64,000 nucleotides of DNA from an uncultured Candidatus Saccharibacteria bacterium (GCA_964570795.1 CAZMYZ010000001.1:42722-106721), one strand, 5' to 3'; shown: positions 1-9,319, numbered from the stretch's first letter. Numbers and translations: made by a program. Notes: generated by a model from the letters alone, not told the origin.

Positions 1-11
1 GTCCAGACTGG

Positions 12-296
12 GTGAAAAAATCCGTAATGAGTGAGCAGGAACTCTGTCCCGACTGCTTTAAGGTGGTGGGTGTGGAGAGTCGTTATAAACTCGTATGTTT
101 CCTTGGGAAAGCAAAAGGGGGGGAGACGGTAGGGAAACTCACCGAGCGTCTCGGCCTCAAGCAGCCCACCATTACGCACCACCTCAATGTGCTCAAGTCA
201 GTGGATGCAGTTTCTGTACGTGACGAGGGGAGGGAACGTGTCTACACCCTCAACCGCGACGCCCACTGCTTTGAGGAGTGCAAGATCCCGTATTAA
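12..296 (+). CDS. ArsR/SmtB-family HTH transcriptional regulator
   Basis: 94 aa ORF with GTG start; the PTITHHLNVLKSVDAV recognition helix and GETVGKLTERLGL motif are typical of ArsR-family winged HTH. Confidence 0.75.
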   Translation: MKKSVMSEQELCPDCFKVVGVESRYKLVCFLGKAKGGETVGKLTERLGLKQPTITHHLNVLKSVDAVSVRDEGRERVYTLNRDAHCFEECKIPY

Positions 297-299
297 ATT

Positions 300-1050
300 C
301 ATTCAATGTTTGGTTTCGTAAACCCAACATAATTACTCGAGAAGAAGTTTTGATGGTGTGGCAGTTCGTCTGTCTGAAATATTCTGAAGATATTTCTCTG
401 TACTCCTTTGCACATCCCCAAGTTTTTCTTGAAATAGTGTTGTGGTGAGTATAGAAGGGAAGTTTCTTTTGCCAAGGTAATCTTGATAACTGCTCCATCG
501 GTACTGAAGAAGATATTCTTGAAGGTGTGAGAATTCCAATCCTTGAGTTATTGAAGAATCTCGAACTCGCCATTCTTGCGCTCCCTCAAGATAGTCGAGT
601 GGGTTGAGGTGTATGTAGTGGAGGATATATAAAAAGTGAGCGTCTGTTTCGATATGAATTTTCTTTGTACGTCCTTGAAATAGAGTACCTTTTCTTTGAT
701 ATCGTTCATTAAAATAATTTGCGTATCCAACATTAAGTTTTCGCATGAAAAGAGAGATACCACCCTCTCTACGCTCTGAGAGAAGTAGATGATAATGATT
801 GTGCATGAGAACCCATGCATGTATATCAACCAAAATCTCACGTTCTTTAATTGTGTTATCAGTAATATCACCAGGACGCCGATTTGATTGTGGTGCTGGG
901 TTTGTATCGTTGAATTCATACATGTCGTGTATAAAACGAACATAATCGCCAGAGCCTTTAAAAAGAGTCCGGCCGTCAACACCCCTGTTCAAAACATGGA
1001 ATAACTCCATATGATACAAGTATACATGTTGGGTTTACGAAACCCAACAT
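300..1050 (-). mobile_element. IS200/IS605-like (RAYT-type) element: Y1 transposase flanked by 25-bp palindromic hairpins
   Basis: tnpA ORF 333..1019 is bracketed by ATGTTTGGTTTCGTAAACCCAACAT (306-330) and ATGTTGGGTTTACGAAACCCAACAT (1025-1049); each is an 11-bp-stem palindrome and the two are mutual inverted repeats with one mismatch. Confidence 0.7.
333..1019 (-). CDS. tnpA: IS200/IS605-family Y1 (HUH) transposase, REP-associated tyrosine transposase-like
   Basis: 228 aa; motifs HAWVLMHNHYHLLL (HuH) and GRTKKIHIETDAHFLYILHYIHLNP (catalytic Tyr region) match the Y1_Tnp/RAYT fold. Confidence 0.8.
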   Translation of the reverse strand: MYHMELFHVLNRGVDGRTLFKGSGDYVRFIHDMYEFNDTNPAPQSNRRPGDITDNTIKEREILVDIHAWVLMHNHYHLLLSERREGGISLFMRKLNVGYANYFNERYQRKGTLFQGRTKKIHIETDAHFLYILHYIHLNPLDYLEGAQEWRVRDSSITQGLEFSHLQEYLLQYRWSSYQDYLGKRNFPSILTTTLFQEKLGDVQRSTEKYLQNISDRRTATPSKLLLE

Positions 1051-1103
1051 GTATACACCCCCACCCGCGACGCCCACTGCTTTGGGGAATGCAAGATTCC
1101 GTA
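1051..1103 (+). repeat. Diverged duplicate of the arsR 3' end (C-terminal 17 codons of a second ArsR-like gene)
   Basis: 242-296 and 1051-1103 align over 53 bp with about 6 mismatches; in frame the second copy encodes YTPTRDAHCFGECKIPY* versus YTLNRDAHCFEECKIPY* at the end of arsR. Confidence 0.6.
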
Positions 1104-1151
1104 TTAGTAATAAATCCTCTATTCCTCGAGGCTCTGCTCTGTGTGTTTGAA

Positions 1152-1373
1152 TCATATTTCCCCCACGACAATTTTCTTTTGTTGTGCAAGGTATTCTTCT
1201 GGAAAGATTCTTTTAAATTGTTCACTTGTCATTTTAGAGGAAAAGTGATGAAAAATTTCTCTATCTTCTTCACTCTCCGTATCCTTTCGTTCATCCCAAT
1301 TATTACCAAACGGTGATAGTAAATTATGGCGACTTTTAAGATATTTTATTCCTAAAAAATAAGTCTCAGTCAT
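1152..1373 (-). CDS. hypothetical small protein
   Basis: 73 aa ORF whose start overlaps the stop of the adjacent ORF (ATGA); no recognisable domain. Confidence 0.3.
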   Translation of the reverse strand: MTETYFLGIKYLKSRHNLLSPFGNNWDERKDTESEEDREIFHHFSSKMTSEQFKRIFPEEYLAQQKKIVVGEI

Positions 1374-1567
1374 AGATTCGGAAAGTCTTTTTCTCTAAAA
1401 TAGGCTGAAATTGTGGATAGGATGAATGCAATAGCAAACCATAACCAACTCCACGCCTGTTTAGAAAAAATAATCAAGATAATATAAAAACCTAATGGGA
1501 TACTTGACCAAAGAAGTAACTCAATCAAAAATTTTTTCTTGAGAAAGTCACAAGTTTCTTTTTTCAT
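1370..1567 (-). CDS. hypothetical small membrane protein
   Basis: 65 aa ORF with two hydrophobic helices. Confidence 0.35.
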   Translation of the reverse strand: MKKETCDFLKKKFLIELLLWSSIPLGFYIILIIFSKQAWSWLWFAIAFILSTISAYFREKDFPNL

Positions 1568-1785
1568 AGTTTTGTCAATTAATTTTTTAAGAATCTAGAC
1601 TAACTTAGAGTTTTATAAACCCCTATAATTATTCTATTATAGCACCGATGTGTTTGAATCTAATGGTCGACATCACAAATGTCGACCATTTTGTTTTGAA
1701 ATAAAACGAGTGGGTGCGTGTATATATACATGTAGCGCTTTTGCAACATAATCGCATTGTGTGGCTACTATTCTTCTTAAATACT

Positions 1786-2022
1786 ATGAAAAAAGATACC
1801 TATCCCGTACTGCTTACCATGAGTGCTCTTGTACTTATGCTTGGAGTGGGTACGTATACGTACCACACGCAATCAGTACAAAAAACAGAACAGGCGTTAG
1901 TAGAGACCACTCCCGTACAAGAAAAGTCTGGTGTGGTGGTGACTACTGATACACAAAAAGTCGCTACCCCATCAACAGCCCAGGTGAAGACTCCGCCGAG
2001 TCGGCAGTCGCAGGCAAGTTAG
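1786..2022 (+). CDS. hypothetical membrane-anchored protein
   Basis: Internal start MKKDTYPVLLTMSALVLMLGVG with an N-terminal TM helix and a T/P/Q-rich tail; an intrinsic terminator follows. Confidence 0.4.
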   Translation: MKKDTYPVLLTMSALVLMLGVGTYTYHTQSVQKTEQALVETTPVQEKSGVVVTTDTQKVATPSTAQVKTPPSRQSQAS

Positions 2023-2025
2023 GTA

Positions 2026-2059
2026 AAATGCGCGGGCCACTTTTGTGGCCCGCGCATTT
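2026..2059. terminator. bidirectional rho-independent terminator
   Basis: AAATGCGCGGGCCAC-TTTT-GTGGCCCGCGCATTT, a 15-bp perfect stem flanked by A/T runs, between convergent genes. Confidence 0.65.
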
Positions 2060-2947
2060 CTATATTCCCATTCTTTGTTTCAATATTTCACCAATGCGTG
2101 CATAGACACTCATATTGTGTGCCAATTCAAAGCCTGCAACTTGAGGTCCTTTGTTAACTTCGAGTACAATCGGACCTTCTGCGGTATGAATCATGTCTAC
2201 TCCCGCAATGTCGATACCGCACACTTGTGCCGCATTACACGCGACATCTTGCTCAGTTTCTGTGAGTATATACACTGAAGGTGTTGCACCTTGAGCAATG
2301 TTGTTGAGGTATCCTTGTGTGCGTGCACGCTTGATAGTTCCTATTATTTCGCCGTATGCGATGAGTGTGCGTGTATCAAATGTGTTTTCAATAAAGGGTT
2401 GCACGAGTGCACGCTCAAACGGTTTTTTCTCTGCGATGCGCTTTTCAAGGTCGGTCTTGTTGGCAACAAAATGAACATTTTTCCCTCTACTGCCATCGGT
2501 TTTGAAGATGAGAGGGAAGGAAAGTGCTGCTTCAAGATACTGACGGTTTGCGCGATATGCTTCTTCCCGAAAGACTATGGTTTCGGGGACGCGAATGCCT
2601 GCAAGGGTGAGTTTGAGCATCTGTGCTATTTTTTCAGCGCTCTGCTCGTATGAGAGACCGATGGGGTCATTTACAGGAATGTTATGGTGTGCAAAATATT
2701 CGTAGAGCATGCCACAAAAAAGTTGGTCAGTACCACGAAGGCGTGTAAAGACATGACTATTAGTCCAATCGATAGGCTTCCCATGATAGAAGAATGTGGG
2801 TATACCATTTTTGATATGGAGTACCATTCTCTTTGTGTGGTACCACGTGTAGGGAGTGTCACCAATACCTGCACGAAATGCATTGCGGTTTTCGGTACCC
2901 ATATTGAGGAAGGTGATATGTTTTGTGTTCGGCATAATACTATGCAT
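2060..2947 (-). CDS. ATP-grasp ligase, RimK/GshB-like (alpha-L-glutamate ligase family)
   Basis: 295 aa; DGSRGKNVHF...GVDMIHTAEGPIVLEVNKGP are ATP-grasp C-terminal motifs characteristic of RimK-type ligases. Confidence 0.7.
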   Translation of the reverse strand: MHSIMPNTKHITFLNMGTENRNAFRAGIGDTPYTWYHTKRMVLHIKNGIPTFFYHGKPIDWTNSHVFTRLRGTDQLFCGMLYEYFAHHNIPVNDPIGLSYEQSAEKIAQMLKLTLAGIRVPETIVFREEAYRANRQYLEAALSFPLIFKTDGSRGKNVHFVANKTDLEKRIAEKKPFERALVQPFIENTFDTRTLIAYGEIIGTIKRARTQGYLNNIAQGATPSVYILTETEQDVACNAAQVCGIDIAGVDMIHTAEGPIVLEVNKGPQVAGFELAHNMSVYARIGEILKQRMGI

Positions 2948-3081
2948 GATAGTCTATATGAAAGAAAGCACAATAGGATTTCTGTACAGAGCGAGTACTT
3001 CGTGGTACAGTTGCCCGCACATAACGGCAAACTATCTCTATTCAATATCTGTGCGACGACATCTATGTTGCATACCTTCTC

Positions 3082-4359
3082 ATGAAAAAACCAGAACGAA
3101 ACATCATTGTGTATGTTGCGGTGTTGCCACCAGGTGCGGTGGAGAGTATTCGTGCCTATGAGAAAAAAGAGAAGCGTAAGTTTAAAGTTATGCTCATCCG
3201 CGATGCGCATGAAGGAAAACAGAAAGAAAAAGAATCATACAAAGGACTTGATATTCTCGTCGAATGTGACCTCAATACGCCTGCACGCATCGCGGAAGCA
3301 CTTGCACCCTACCAAGATCAACTCTGTGCCATTACCTGTCGCTCTGAATCTCATATGGCGCGTTTCATTGAAGTGATTCCTCATGTACCATACCTCCGCA
3401 CTCCTACGACAGAATCACTTGTATGGGCGACCGACAAACTTGAAATGCGTCGCAGGTTTAAACTTCTTGCACCACGCTTTTCGCCAAAGTATGCAGTAGT
3501 AAAAGGTAATACGGTAGGTGAGCGCAAGCGCATTATTGAAAAAATTGGTTTCCCGATGATTGTAAAGCCTACCAATCTTGCACAGAGTCTTTTGGTATCG
3601 CTTTGCTACCATGAAGATGAACTCAAAAAAGCCCTTACGAATCTCAGCAAGAAAATTGCTCAGACGTATGTCGAAAACAAACGCACCGAAGAGCCACGGA
3701 TGATGGTGGAAGAATTTATGGAGGGTGATATGTACTCCGTGGATGCATATGTGAATTCACGTGGTGTGGTGTACTTCTGTCCTATGGTGCGCGTACTCAC
3801 GGGGCACAATATTGGCCATGAGGATTTCTTTAACTACCTCCACATGAGTCCAACAAATTTGAAACCCACATCCATCGAGCGTGCCCACGTTGCTGCAGAA
3901 GCGGGTATTCATGCGCTCGGCCTCCGCAACACCACTGCCCATGTGGAACTTATGAAAGTAGATGATGAGTGGAAAATAATCGAGATTGGTCCACGCGTGG
4001 GCGGCTTCCGCGATAAACTGCATCGTCTCTCGTGCGGCATCGACCATTCACTTAATGATATTCTCGTGCGCATGCCCAAGAAGCCGCATACTCCCAAGAA
4101 ATGCAAGGGTTTTGCAGCAACGCTCAAGTGGTACTCAAAGAAAGAAGGGAAGATTGTGGGGCTTAAGGGTATCAAAAAATGCCAAGAACTCGCGTCTTTT
4201 AATGAAATCAAACTCATTAAGAAAGTGGGTGATATGTGTACTTTTGCTCGTCATGGTGGCAAGGCAGTGTTCACTATTACCCTTTTTAATACCGAACGTT
4301 CTAAACTCCTTGCTGATATTCGGCGTGTAGAAAAACTCATTGAGGTACAGGTGAGGTAG
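3082..4359 (+). CDS. ATP-grasp domain carboxylate-amine ligase (second, larger paralog)
   Basis: 425 aa; GFPMIVKPTNLAQS...MMVEEFMEGDMYSVDAYV...IEIGPRVGG give the ATP-grasp B/C subdomain pattern; divergently transcribed from the RimK-like gene. Confidence 0.65.
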   Translation: MKKPERNIIVYVAVLPPGAVESIRAYEKKEKRKFKVMLIRDAHEGKQKEKESYKGLDILVECDLNTPARIAEALAPYQDQLCAITCRSESHMARFIEVIPHVPYLRTPTTESLVWATDKLEMRRRFKLLAPRFSPKYAVVKGNTVGERKRIIEKIGFPMIVKPTNLAQSLLVSLCYHEDELKKALTNLSKKIAQTYVENKRTEEPRMMVEEFMEGDMYSVDAYVNSRGVVYFCPMVRVLTGHNIGHEDFFNYLHMSPTNLKPTSIERAHVAAEAGIHALGLRNTTAHVELMKVDDEWKIIEIGPRVGGFRDKLHRLSCGIDHSLNDILVRMPKKPHTPKKCKGFAATLKWYSKKEGKIVGLKGIKKCQELASFNEIKLIKKVGDMCTFARHGGKAVFTITLFNTERSKLLADIRRVEKLIEVQVR

Positions 4360-4429
4360 TGAAATAGTGGTGGAGGTACTCACACCCGTGAGGGCGAAGC
4401 CCTCACGGGTGTTGTACTATAGTGGATAC

Positions 4430-4846
4430 ATGCCACGCACCCGCGATTTGCTCATTGTTGTTGCCTCACTCTTCCTCACGTTTTTGGTGTGGGTGATACA
4501 TGTGCTCGTATCTCCTGTTCCCGAAACTAGTAAATCTACACAAGGTACACAGGCCGTCCTTCTCACTACACCAAAGGATTCATACGAAGTAGTACCCTAT
4601 GAGGAAAATTCACTTCGCGATGAGCGTGATGCTTTTATTGATAAGGTGCGGCAAACCTATGTAGCACCAATACAGTTACCTCCAGAGACTGAGGAAGACC
4701 CTTTTGTGTCTGAGTTTGAAACTCCTCCTGCCGTGATGAATCCGGTACCCACAACTACGACTCCGTATATAGTGCCGGTCATTGTGCCGGTAGCGACGAC
4801 GTCTGTCGCTACTACAACGCCTCCCTATGGCAACACTCATCTTTGA
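4430..4846 (+). CDS. hypothetical membrane protein with Pro/Thr-rich C-terminus
   Basis: Internal start MPRTRDLLIVVASLFLTFLVWVIHVL (TM helix) and a PVPTTTTPYIVPVIVPVATTSVATTTPP low-complexity tail; preceded by hairpin 4383-4411. Confidence 0.4.
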   Translation: MPRTRDLLIVVASLFLTFLVWVIHVLVSPVPETSKSTQGTQAVLLTTPKDSYEVVPYEENSLRDERDAFIDKVRQTYVAPIQLPPETEEDPFVSEFETPPAVMNPVPTTTTPYIVPVIVPVATTSVATTTPPYGNTHL

Positions 4847-5552
4847 TATTGAAACGGTCGGTGAGTCGTGGGATACCCTCGACTCCACGACACAAGAAGT
4901 GCTCACCCGCTGGATAGGGCGTACAAGTAAGGACGAACATGAACATGCAGCACTTTTAAAAGATGTGCAAGATGGACTCGGTTTTTCTCCCCTTACCGGT
5001 GAAGTGGTGGCTATTGGGCTCTATGATCTCGAGCGAAGGCAGGGTGTGGTGTATTACCAAGGAGCGGGTGAGATGGATTCTGAAGAAGGAGATTTTATAC
5101 TTAAGTCGCGCAGTGAAAAGGAGATGCTTCAAGATTTTTGGGATGGAGCACAGTCGTATGATACGTTTGTCACTTTTAATGGACGTTGTTTTGACGTACC
5201 TTTTCTCAATCTCCGTTCAGCGATTCAAGGAATTTGTCCAACACAGGATTTAATGGACGGGCGGTATCTCTATCAACAAAAACAAACGCGGCACGTCGAC
5301 CTACAAGACCAAATGACTTTTTATGGTGCGATGCAGCGGCGACCCTCACTTCATCTTTTTTGCCGAGCATTTGGCATAGAGAGTCCAAAGGCGGAGGGAG
5401 TGGCAGGGGATGATGTCGCAGAACTTTTTCGTATGAAAAAGTTCTGCGACATCGCCCGCTACAACGCCCGCGACGTCATCGCCACCACTGCACTCTACAA
5501 AAAGTGGCTTGAATATCTCGCACCTCATAGTTTTCGTAACACTCTTGAGTAG
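4827..5552 (+). CDS. RNase H-like 3'-5' exonuclease related to the PolB exonuclease domain (DNA_pol_B_exo2-like)
   Basis: 241 aa with N-terminal LIFDIETVG acidic motif and downstream FLNL/YNARD motifs typical of DnaQ/PolB-exo-like predicted exonucleases. Confidence 0.55.
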   Translation: MATLIFDIETVGESWDTLDSTTQEVLTRWIGRTSKDEHEHAALLKDVQDGLGFSPLTGEVVAIGLYDLERRQGVVYYQGAGEMDSEEGDFILKSRSEKEMLQDFWDGAQSYDTFVTFNGRCFDVPFLNLRSAIQGICPTQDLMDGRYLYQQKQTRHVDLQDQMTFYGAMQRRPSLHLFCRAFGIESPKAEGVAGDDVAELFRMKKFCDIARYNARDVIATTALYKKWLEYLAPHSFRNTLE

Positions 5553-5605
5553 ACACTCTTTTTATGTTCTAATGTAGTTCGATTTGTACTCCACAGAAGG
5601 AGAGA

Positions 5606-6052
5606 ATGGAAAACTTTGTAAAGCGTGTCCAAAATTGGGTCGACGCTATTGTGCGATTTTTCAAATGGGAATTTTGGTTTCCTATAGGGAAATTGCCGAT
5701 GCATGATGAGGGTGTGATTATCCCGGGTGATCCGGACGCAATTCCACGCTCTGACCCATTTTGGCGAGACCAATGGAAGTGGATTGTGTTCTCTGCACCA
5801 CATCCGGCAGCATTCAGGGTGTACTTTGAGTCTCCCAAGGACGGTCTCTGTATGTGCTACAGCAGAAAGATACGTACTCCGTACGTCGCGATGCGTGTCG
5901 GGCCACATGCGGTCAAGGTTGTTGCGATGGCAGAAATGAGGTACGGCCTTGATGAAATGCGACTTAATATGTTCCTTCCGCCCGAGTATGGAGACTGTAT
6001 GAGGGATGCACTCGCAGAAAGGTTCCTCTTGCACAAGGTGACATGGATATAG
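5606..6052 (+). CDS. hypothetical protein
   Basis: 148 aa ORF preceded by a strong SD (AAGGAGAG, 6 nt spacer) and followed by a terminator; preferred over the overlapping antisense ORF 5525..6070. Confidence 0.45.
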   Translation: MENFVKRVQNWVDAIVRFFKWEFWFPIGKLPMHDEGVIIPGDPDAIPRSDPFWRDQWKWIVFSAPHPAAFRVYFESPKDGLCMCYSRKIRTPYVAMRVGPHAVKVVAMAEMRYGLDEMRLNMFLPPEYGDCMRDALAERFLLHKVTWI

Positions 6053-6070
6053 AGTCCATCTCAAGAACAA

Positions 6071-6100
6071 ACAGCCCAGAACATCGGGCTGTTTTCTTTT
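6071..6100 (+). terminator. rho-independent terminator
   Basis: ACAGCCC...GGGCTGT stem followed by TTTTCTTTT. Confidence 0.55.
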
Positions 6101-6118
6101 GTGCTATAGTTTCTTTAT

Positions 6119-7348
6119 ATGTCAGAACTAAAAAAGTTTCCGGAAGGGTTTTATTGGGGTGCAGCGACCGCTTCGTATCAGGTGGAGGGAGGTATTGAGA
6201 ATACTGATTGGGCTGAGGCAGCGCGCGCGGGGCGTGTGCCTGTGTGCGGCATTGCGTGCGACCACTACCATCGCTATGAAGAAGATTTTGATATTGCGCA
6301 GTCTTTGGGACACAATGCCCACCGTCTCTCCGTAGAGTGGGCGCGTATCGAGCCCGAGGAAGGTAAGTTTAATGAAAAAGAAATCGAGCATTACCGGAAG
6401 GTCCTTACGGCACTCAGGGAACATGGAATGAAGCCGTACGTTACCTTGTGGCACTTTACGTTGCCGACATGGTTTGCAAAAGAAGGTGGCTTTGAACGCG
6501 CAGATGCGCCGCAGGTGTTTGCACGATACTGCGCCTTTGTGGCATCCCGCCTCGGTGACCTCTGTGGAGATTTTTCTACCATGAATGAGCCGAATGTATT
6601 TGGGTCTAATGGCTGGCTCCGCGGCAGTTGGCCACCCTTTAAACGCTTTACCCTCACCGACCTTATTTCGATTACAAACTCTGGTCGCACCTATGAGTCG
6701 CAGGCACAAAAAGGGTTTTCACCCCTTCGACTCTATTTCCGCGTGATGAAAAATCTTGCGAAAGCACATAATCTCGCCTATGACGCTATTAAGAAAGCAT
6801 CGCCAAAAGCAGATGTGAGTGTGGTGAAGCATGTCATTCTTTTCCATGCGAACTGGAATCCAATCAATAAAATGGTTGCGTGGATTGCAAACTACTATTG
6901 GACATATCTCTTTATGGGACGAGTGCACAAAAAGTGTGACTCAATAGGGGTAAATTATTATTTCCATAAAAAGTTTGGAGACAAGAAGGTGTATGTAAAG
7001 ACGGATATGGATTGGGACATCTATCCTGAAGGGCTTGAGGATTCACTCATGATGCTCGCAAAATATGGAAAGCCACTCTTTGTGGCGGAGTCGGGTCTTG
7101 CAGACGAGGCGGATCTCTATCGTGCCGACTACATTACGCGACAAGTACAGGCGATGTGGCGCGCGATGGAACAGGGAGCGGATGTGCGTGGGCATATGTA
7201 TTGGTCACTCCTCGACAACTATGAATGGGCGCTTGGTTTTGAAAAACGTTTCGGGCTCGTGGCAGTGGATTTTATGACACTGAAGCGTACCATACGTCCT
7301 TCTGCGCAGGTGTATAAAGAAATATGCATCAATAATGCGGTACAATAA
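6119..7348 (+). CDS. glycoside hydrolase family 1 beta-glucosidase
   Basis: 409 aa; N-terminal FYWGAATASYQVEGG GH1 signature, TMNEPN acid/base motif and a VAESG nucleophile-region variant. Confidence 0.85.
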   Translation: MSELKKFPEGFYWGAATASYQVEGGIENTDWAEAARAGRVPVCGIACDHYHRYEEDFDIAQSLGHNAHRLSVEWARIEPEEGKFNEKEIEHYRKVLTALREHGMKPYVTLWHFTLPTWFAKEGGFERADAPQVFARYCAFVASRLGDLCGDFSTMNEPNVFGSNGWLRGSWPPFKRFTLTDLISITNSGRTYESQAQKGFSPLRLYFRVMKNLAKAHNLAYDAIKKASPKADVSVVKHVILFHANWNPINKMVAWIANYYWTYLFMGRVHKKCDSIGVNYYFHKKFGDKKVYVKTDMDWDIYPEGLEDSLMMLAKYGKPLFVAESGLADEADLYRADYITRQVQAMWRAMEQGADVRGHMYWSLLDNYEWALGFEKRFGLVAVDFMTLKRTIRPSAQVYKEICINNAVQ

Positions 7349-7379
7349 GGCGATATATGAGACGGTTAATTTCTAGAGC

Positions 7380-8315
7380 ATGAATTGGATTTTTCTTGCA
7401 GTAGGTGCGCAATTCCTCAATGCGTTTGTCGCGCTTGTTGACAAGCATATTGTGAGCGACGAGAAAACACTCCCACGCCCTTTTGTGTATGCATTTTACA
7501 CCTGCCTTATTTCGGGGGTGTGGATTGTGGTGTACTTCATAGGATTCCTTCCGTTTGTTTCTGATTCGCTCCATATCCCTTCGTTCTCAAATGTGATAAA
7601 GCCGACTCTCGAAGTGGTGGCGCTTTCGTTTCTTTCTGCATACACCTTCTTCACGGCGCTTGTGGCGATGTTTAGTGCTCTTCGCGACCATGATGCGTCA
7701 GATGTGGTGCCGGTGATTGGCTCCGTCTCGGCACTCGCGTCATTTGGTATGGGGTATTATTTTTTCAATACCACACTCAGTCATAATTTTATCCTCGGTA
7801 TCATTCTTCTCTCTATCGGTACTTTTTTGGTGTCACGTCTACGCTTTCCTTTCAAAACCGCAATGGTGGCACTCTACTCAGGTATCTTTTTCGCTCTACA
7901 CTACATCACCATTAAAGGGCTTTTTGAAACAACATCATTTGATAATGGGTTCTTTTGGTCGCGCATAGCATTTGTATTCTTTGCGGGGACACTTCTTATG
8001 ATCCCAAATTACTTTGAGCGTATTAAAGAACAAACAAAAACAACAACAAAAGGCACTGCAGTACTGGTGATTGTAAACAAACTACTTGCTGGTGTTTCCA
8101 CGATTCTTATTTTGAAAGCGACGGACCTCGGCGACGTGGCGGTGGTACAAGCACTCGGTGGACTTCAGTTTGTGTTCATTCTGCTTCTCGGTATTTTCTT
8201 TAGTATTCGCCCAACAAAGCTCAATATTGGTGAGACATACAATCACGACACAATCCTCAAGAAAGTGCTTTTTGTGGCTGTTATTACCATCGGTTTTCTA
8301 GTACTATTTAGGTAA
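7380..8315 (+). CDS. DMT-superfamily (EamA-like) membrane transporter
   Basis: 311 aa polytopic protein with about 10 TM helices in two repeated halves. Confidence 0.55.
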   Translation: MNWIFLAVGAQFLNAFVALVDKHIVSDEKTLPRPFVYAFYTCLISGVWIVVYFIGFLPFVSDSLHIPSFSNVIKPTLEVVALSFLSAYTFFTALVAMFSALRDHDASDVVPVIGSVSALASFGMGYYFFNTTLSHNFILGIILLSIGTFLVSRLRFPFKTAMVALYSGIFFALHYITIKGLFETTSFDNGFFWSRIAFVFFAGTLLMIPNYFERIKEQTKTTTKGTAVLVIVNKLLAGVSTILILKATDLGDVAVVQALGGLQFVFILLLGIFFSIRPTKLNIGETYNHDTILKKVLFVAVITIGFLVLFR

Positions 8316-9319
8316 TGAAAAAATGGCTCCTTCGGGCACTTATCGGTGCCGTTGTTTTGTGTGTATGCATATTGGTGGCGCTTTTTATACTTGCACGAAA
8401 AGAAAAACCTGAGCAGATTACCTATGGTATTTCATATAATGTGCCGTACGTGCTTGAACTCGGACTCGACCCCGACGAAGTCTTTGATGCATTTCTTGAG
8501 GAACTTGGTGTGCGCAACTTTCGCATGAGTGCTCATTGGACACTTATTGAGCCGGAGCGCGATGAGTATGACTTTGCATGGATGGATAGGGATATAGCGA
8601 AAGCGGAAGCTGCCGATGCAAAGGTAATTTTTGGTGTAGGTCGGCGGCTTCCGCGATGGCCCGAATGTCATATTCCGGGATGGGCTCAAGAACTCACCTG
8701 GGAAGAGCAAAAGAGTGAGATTCGTGAATACATCACTACGGTGGTAAACCGATATAAAGATTCACCAGCCATCACACATTGGCAGGTGGAGAATGAGCCA
8801 TACCTTGGCTTGTTTGCGCATGATTATTGCGGTGACCTCGACGAATCATTTCTCGAAGAAGAAATTGCGCTCGTGAAATCGCTTGACCCCACACGCCCTA
8901 TACTTGTAACCGACAGTGGCAACTTGGGTACATGGAACGGTGCGTACTCGCACGGAGATTCTTTTGGTACGAGTGTATACGTCTATTTTTGGAATCCGGA
9001 ACTCGGTCAGTTCAAGACGCTTTTGCCACCGTGGTTTTATCGTGCAAAAGAAAATATCATGGCACTCATCCATGGAGAAAAAGAAACATTCCTCATCGAA
9101 CTCTCGCTTGAGCCGTGGCTCCTTGAGCCGGTTACTGAAGTGCCGGTAGACGTACAATACTCACGGATGGACATTCAGAAGTTTAATGAGATTATTGAAT
9201 ATGCGCGCGATACGCGCTACGAAACGCAGTTTCTCTGGGGCGGGGAGTGGTGGTACTGGCTCCGTGAGCGCGGACATGCCGAAATGTGGGAACGCGGCAC
9301 GCAATTATTTAATGAATAA
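8315..9319 (+). CDS. membrane-anchored glycoside hydrolase, clan GH-A (GH5-like)
   Basis: 334 aa with an N-terminal TM anchor and a HWQVENEPY catalytic-acid motif typical of clan A (cellulase/mannanase-like) hydrolases; start overlaps the upstream stop. Confidence 0.55.
   Translation: MKKWLLRALIGAVVLCVCILVALFILARKEKPEQITYGISYNVPYVLELGLDPDEVFDAFLEELGVRNFRMSAHWTLIEPERDEYDFAWMDRDIAKAEAADAKVIFGVGRRLPRWPECHIPGWAQELTWEEQKSEIREYITTVVNRYKDSPAITHWQVENEPYLGLFAHDYCGDLDESFLEEEIALVKSLDPTRPILVTDSGNLGTWNGAYSHGDSFGTSVYVYFWNPELGQFKTLLPPWFYRAKENIMALIHGEKETFLIELSLEPWLLEPVTEVPVDVQYSRMDIQKFNEIIEYARDTRYETQFLWGGEWWYWLRERGHAEMWERGTQLFNE

Noticed and set aside
5525-6070. 181-aa minus-strand ORF antisense to the 5606..6052 ORF
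   Set aside because: The plus-strand ORF has a strong SD and a downstream terminator in its own orientation. The minus ORF has neither and a Cys/His/Arg-rich composition typical of antisense artefacts.
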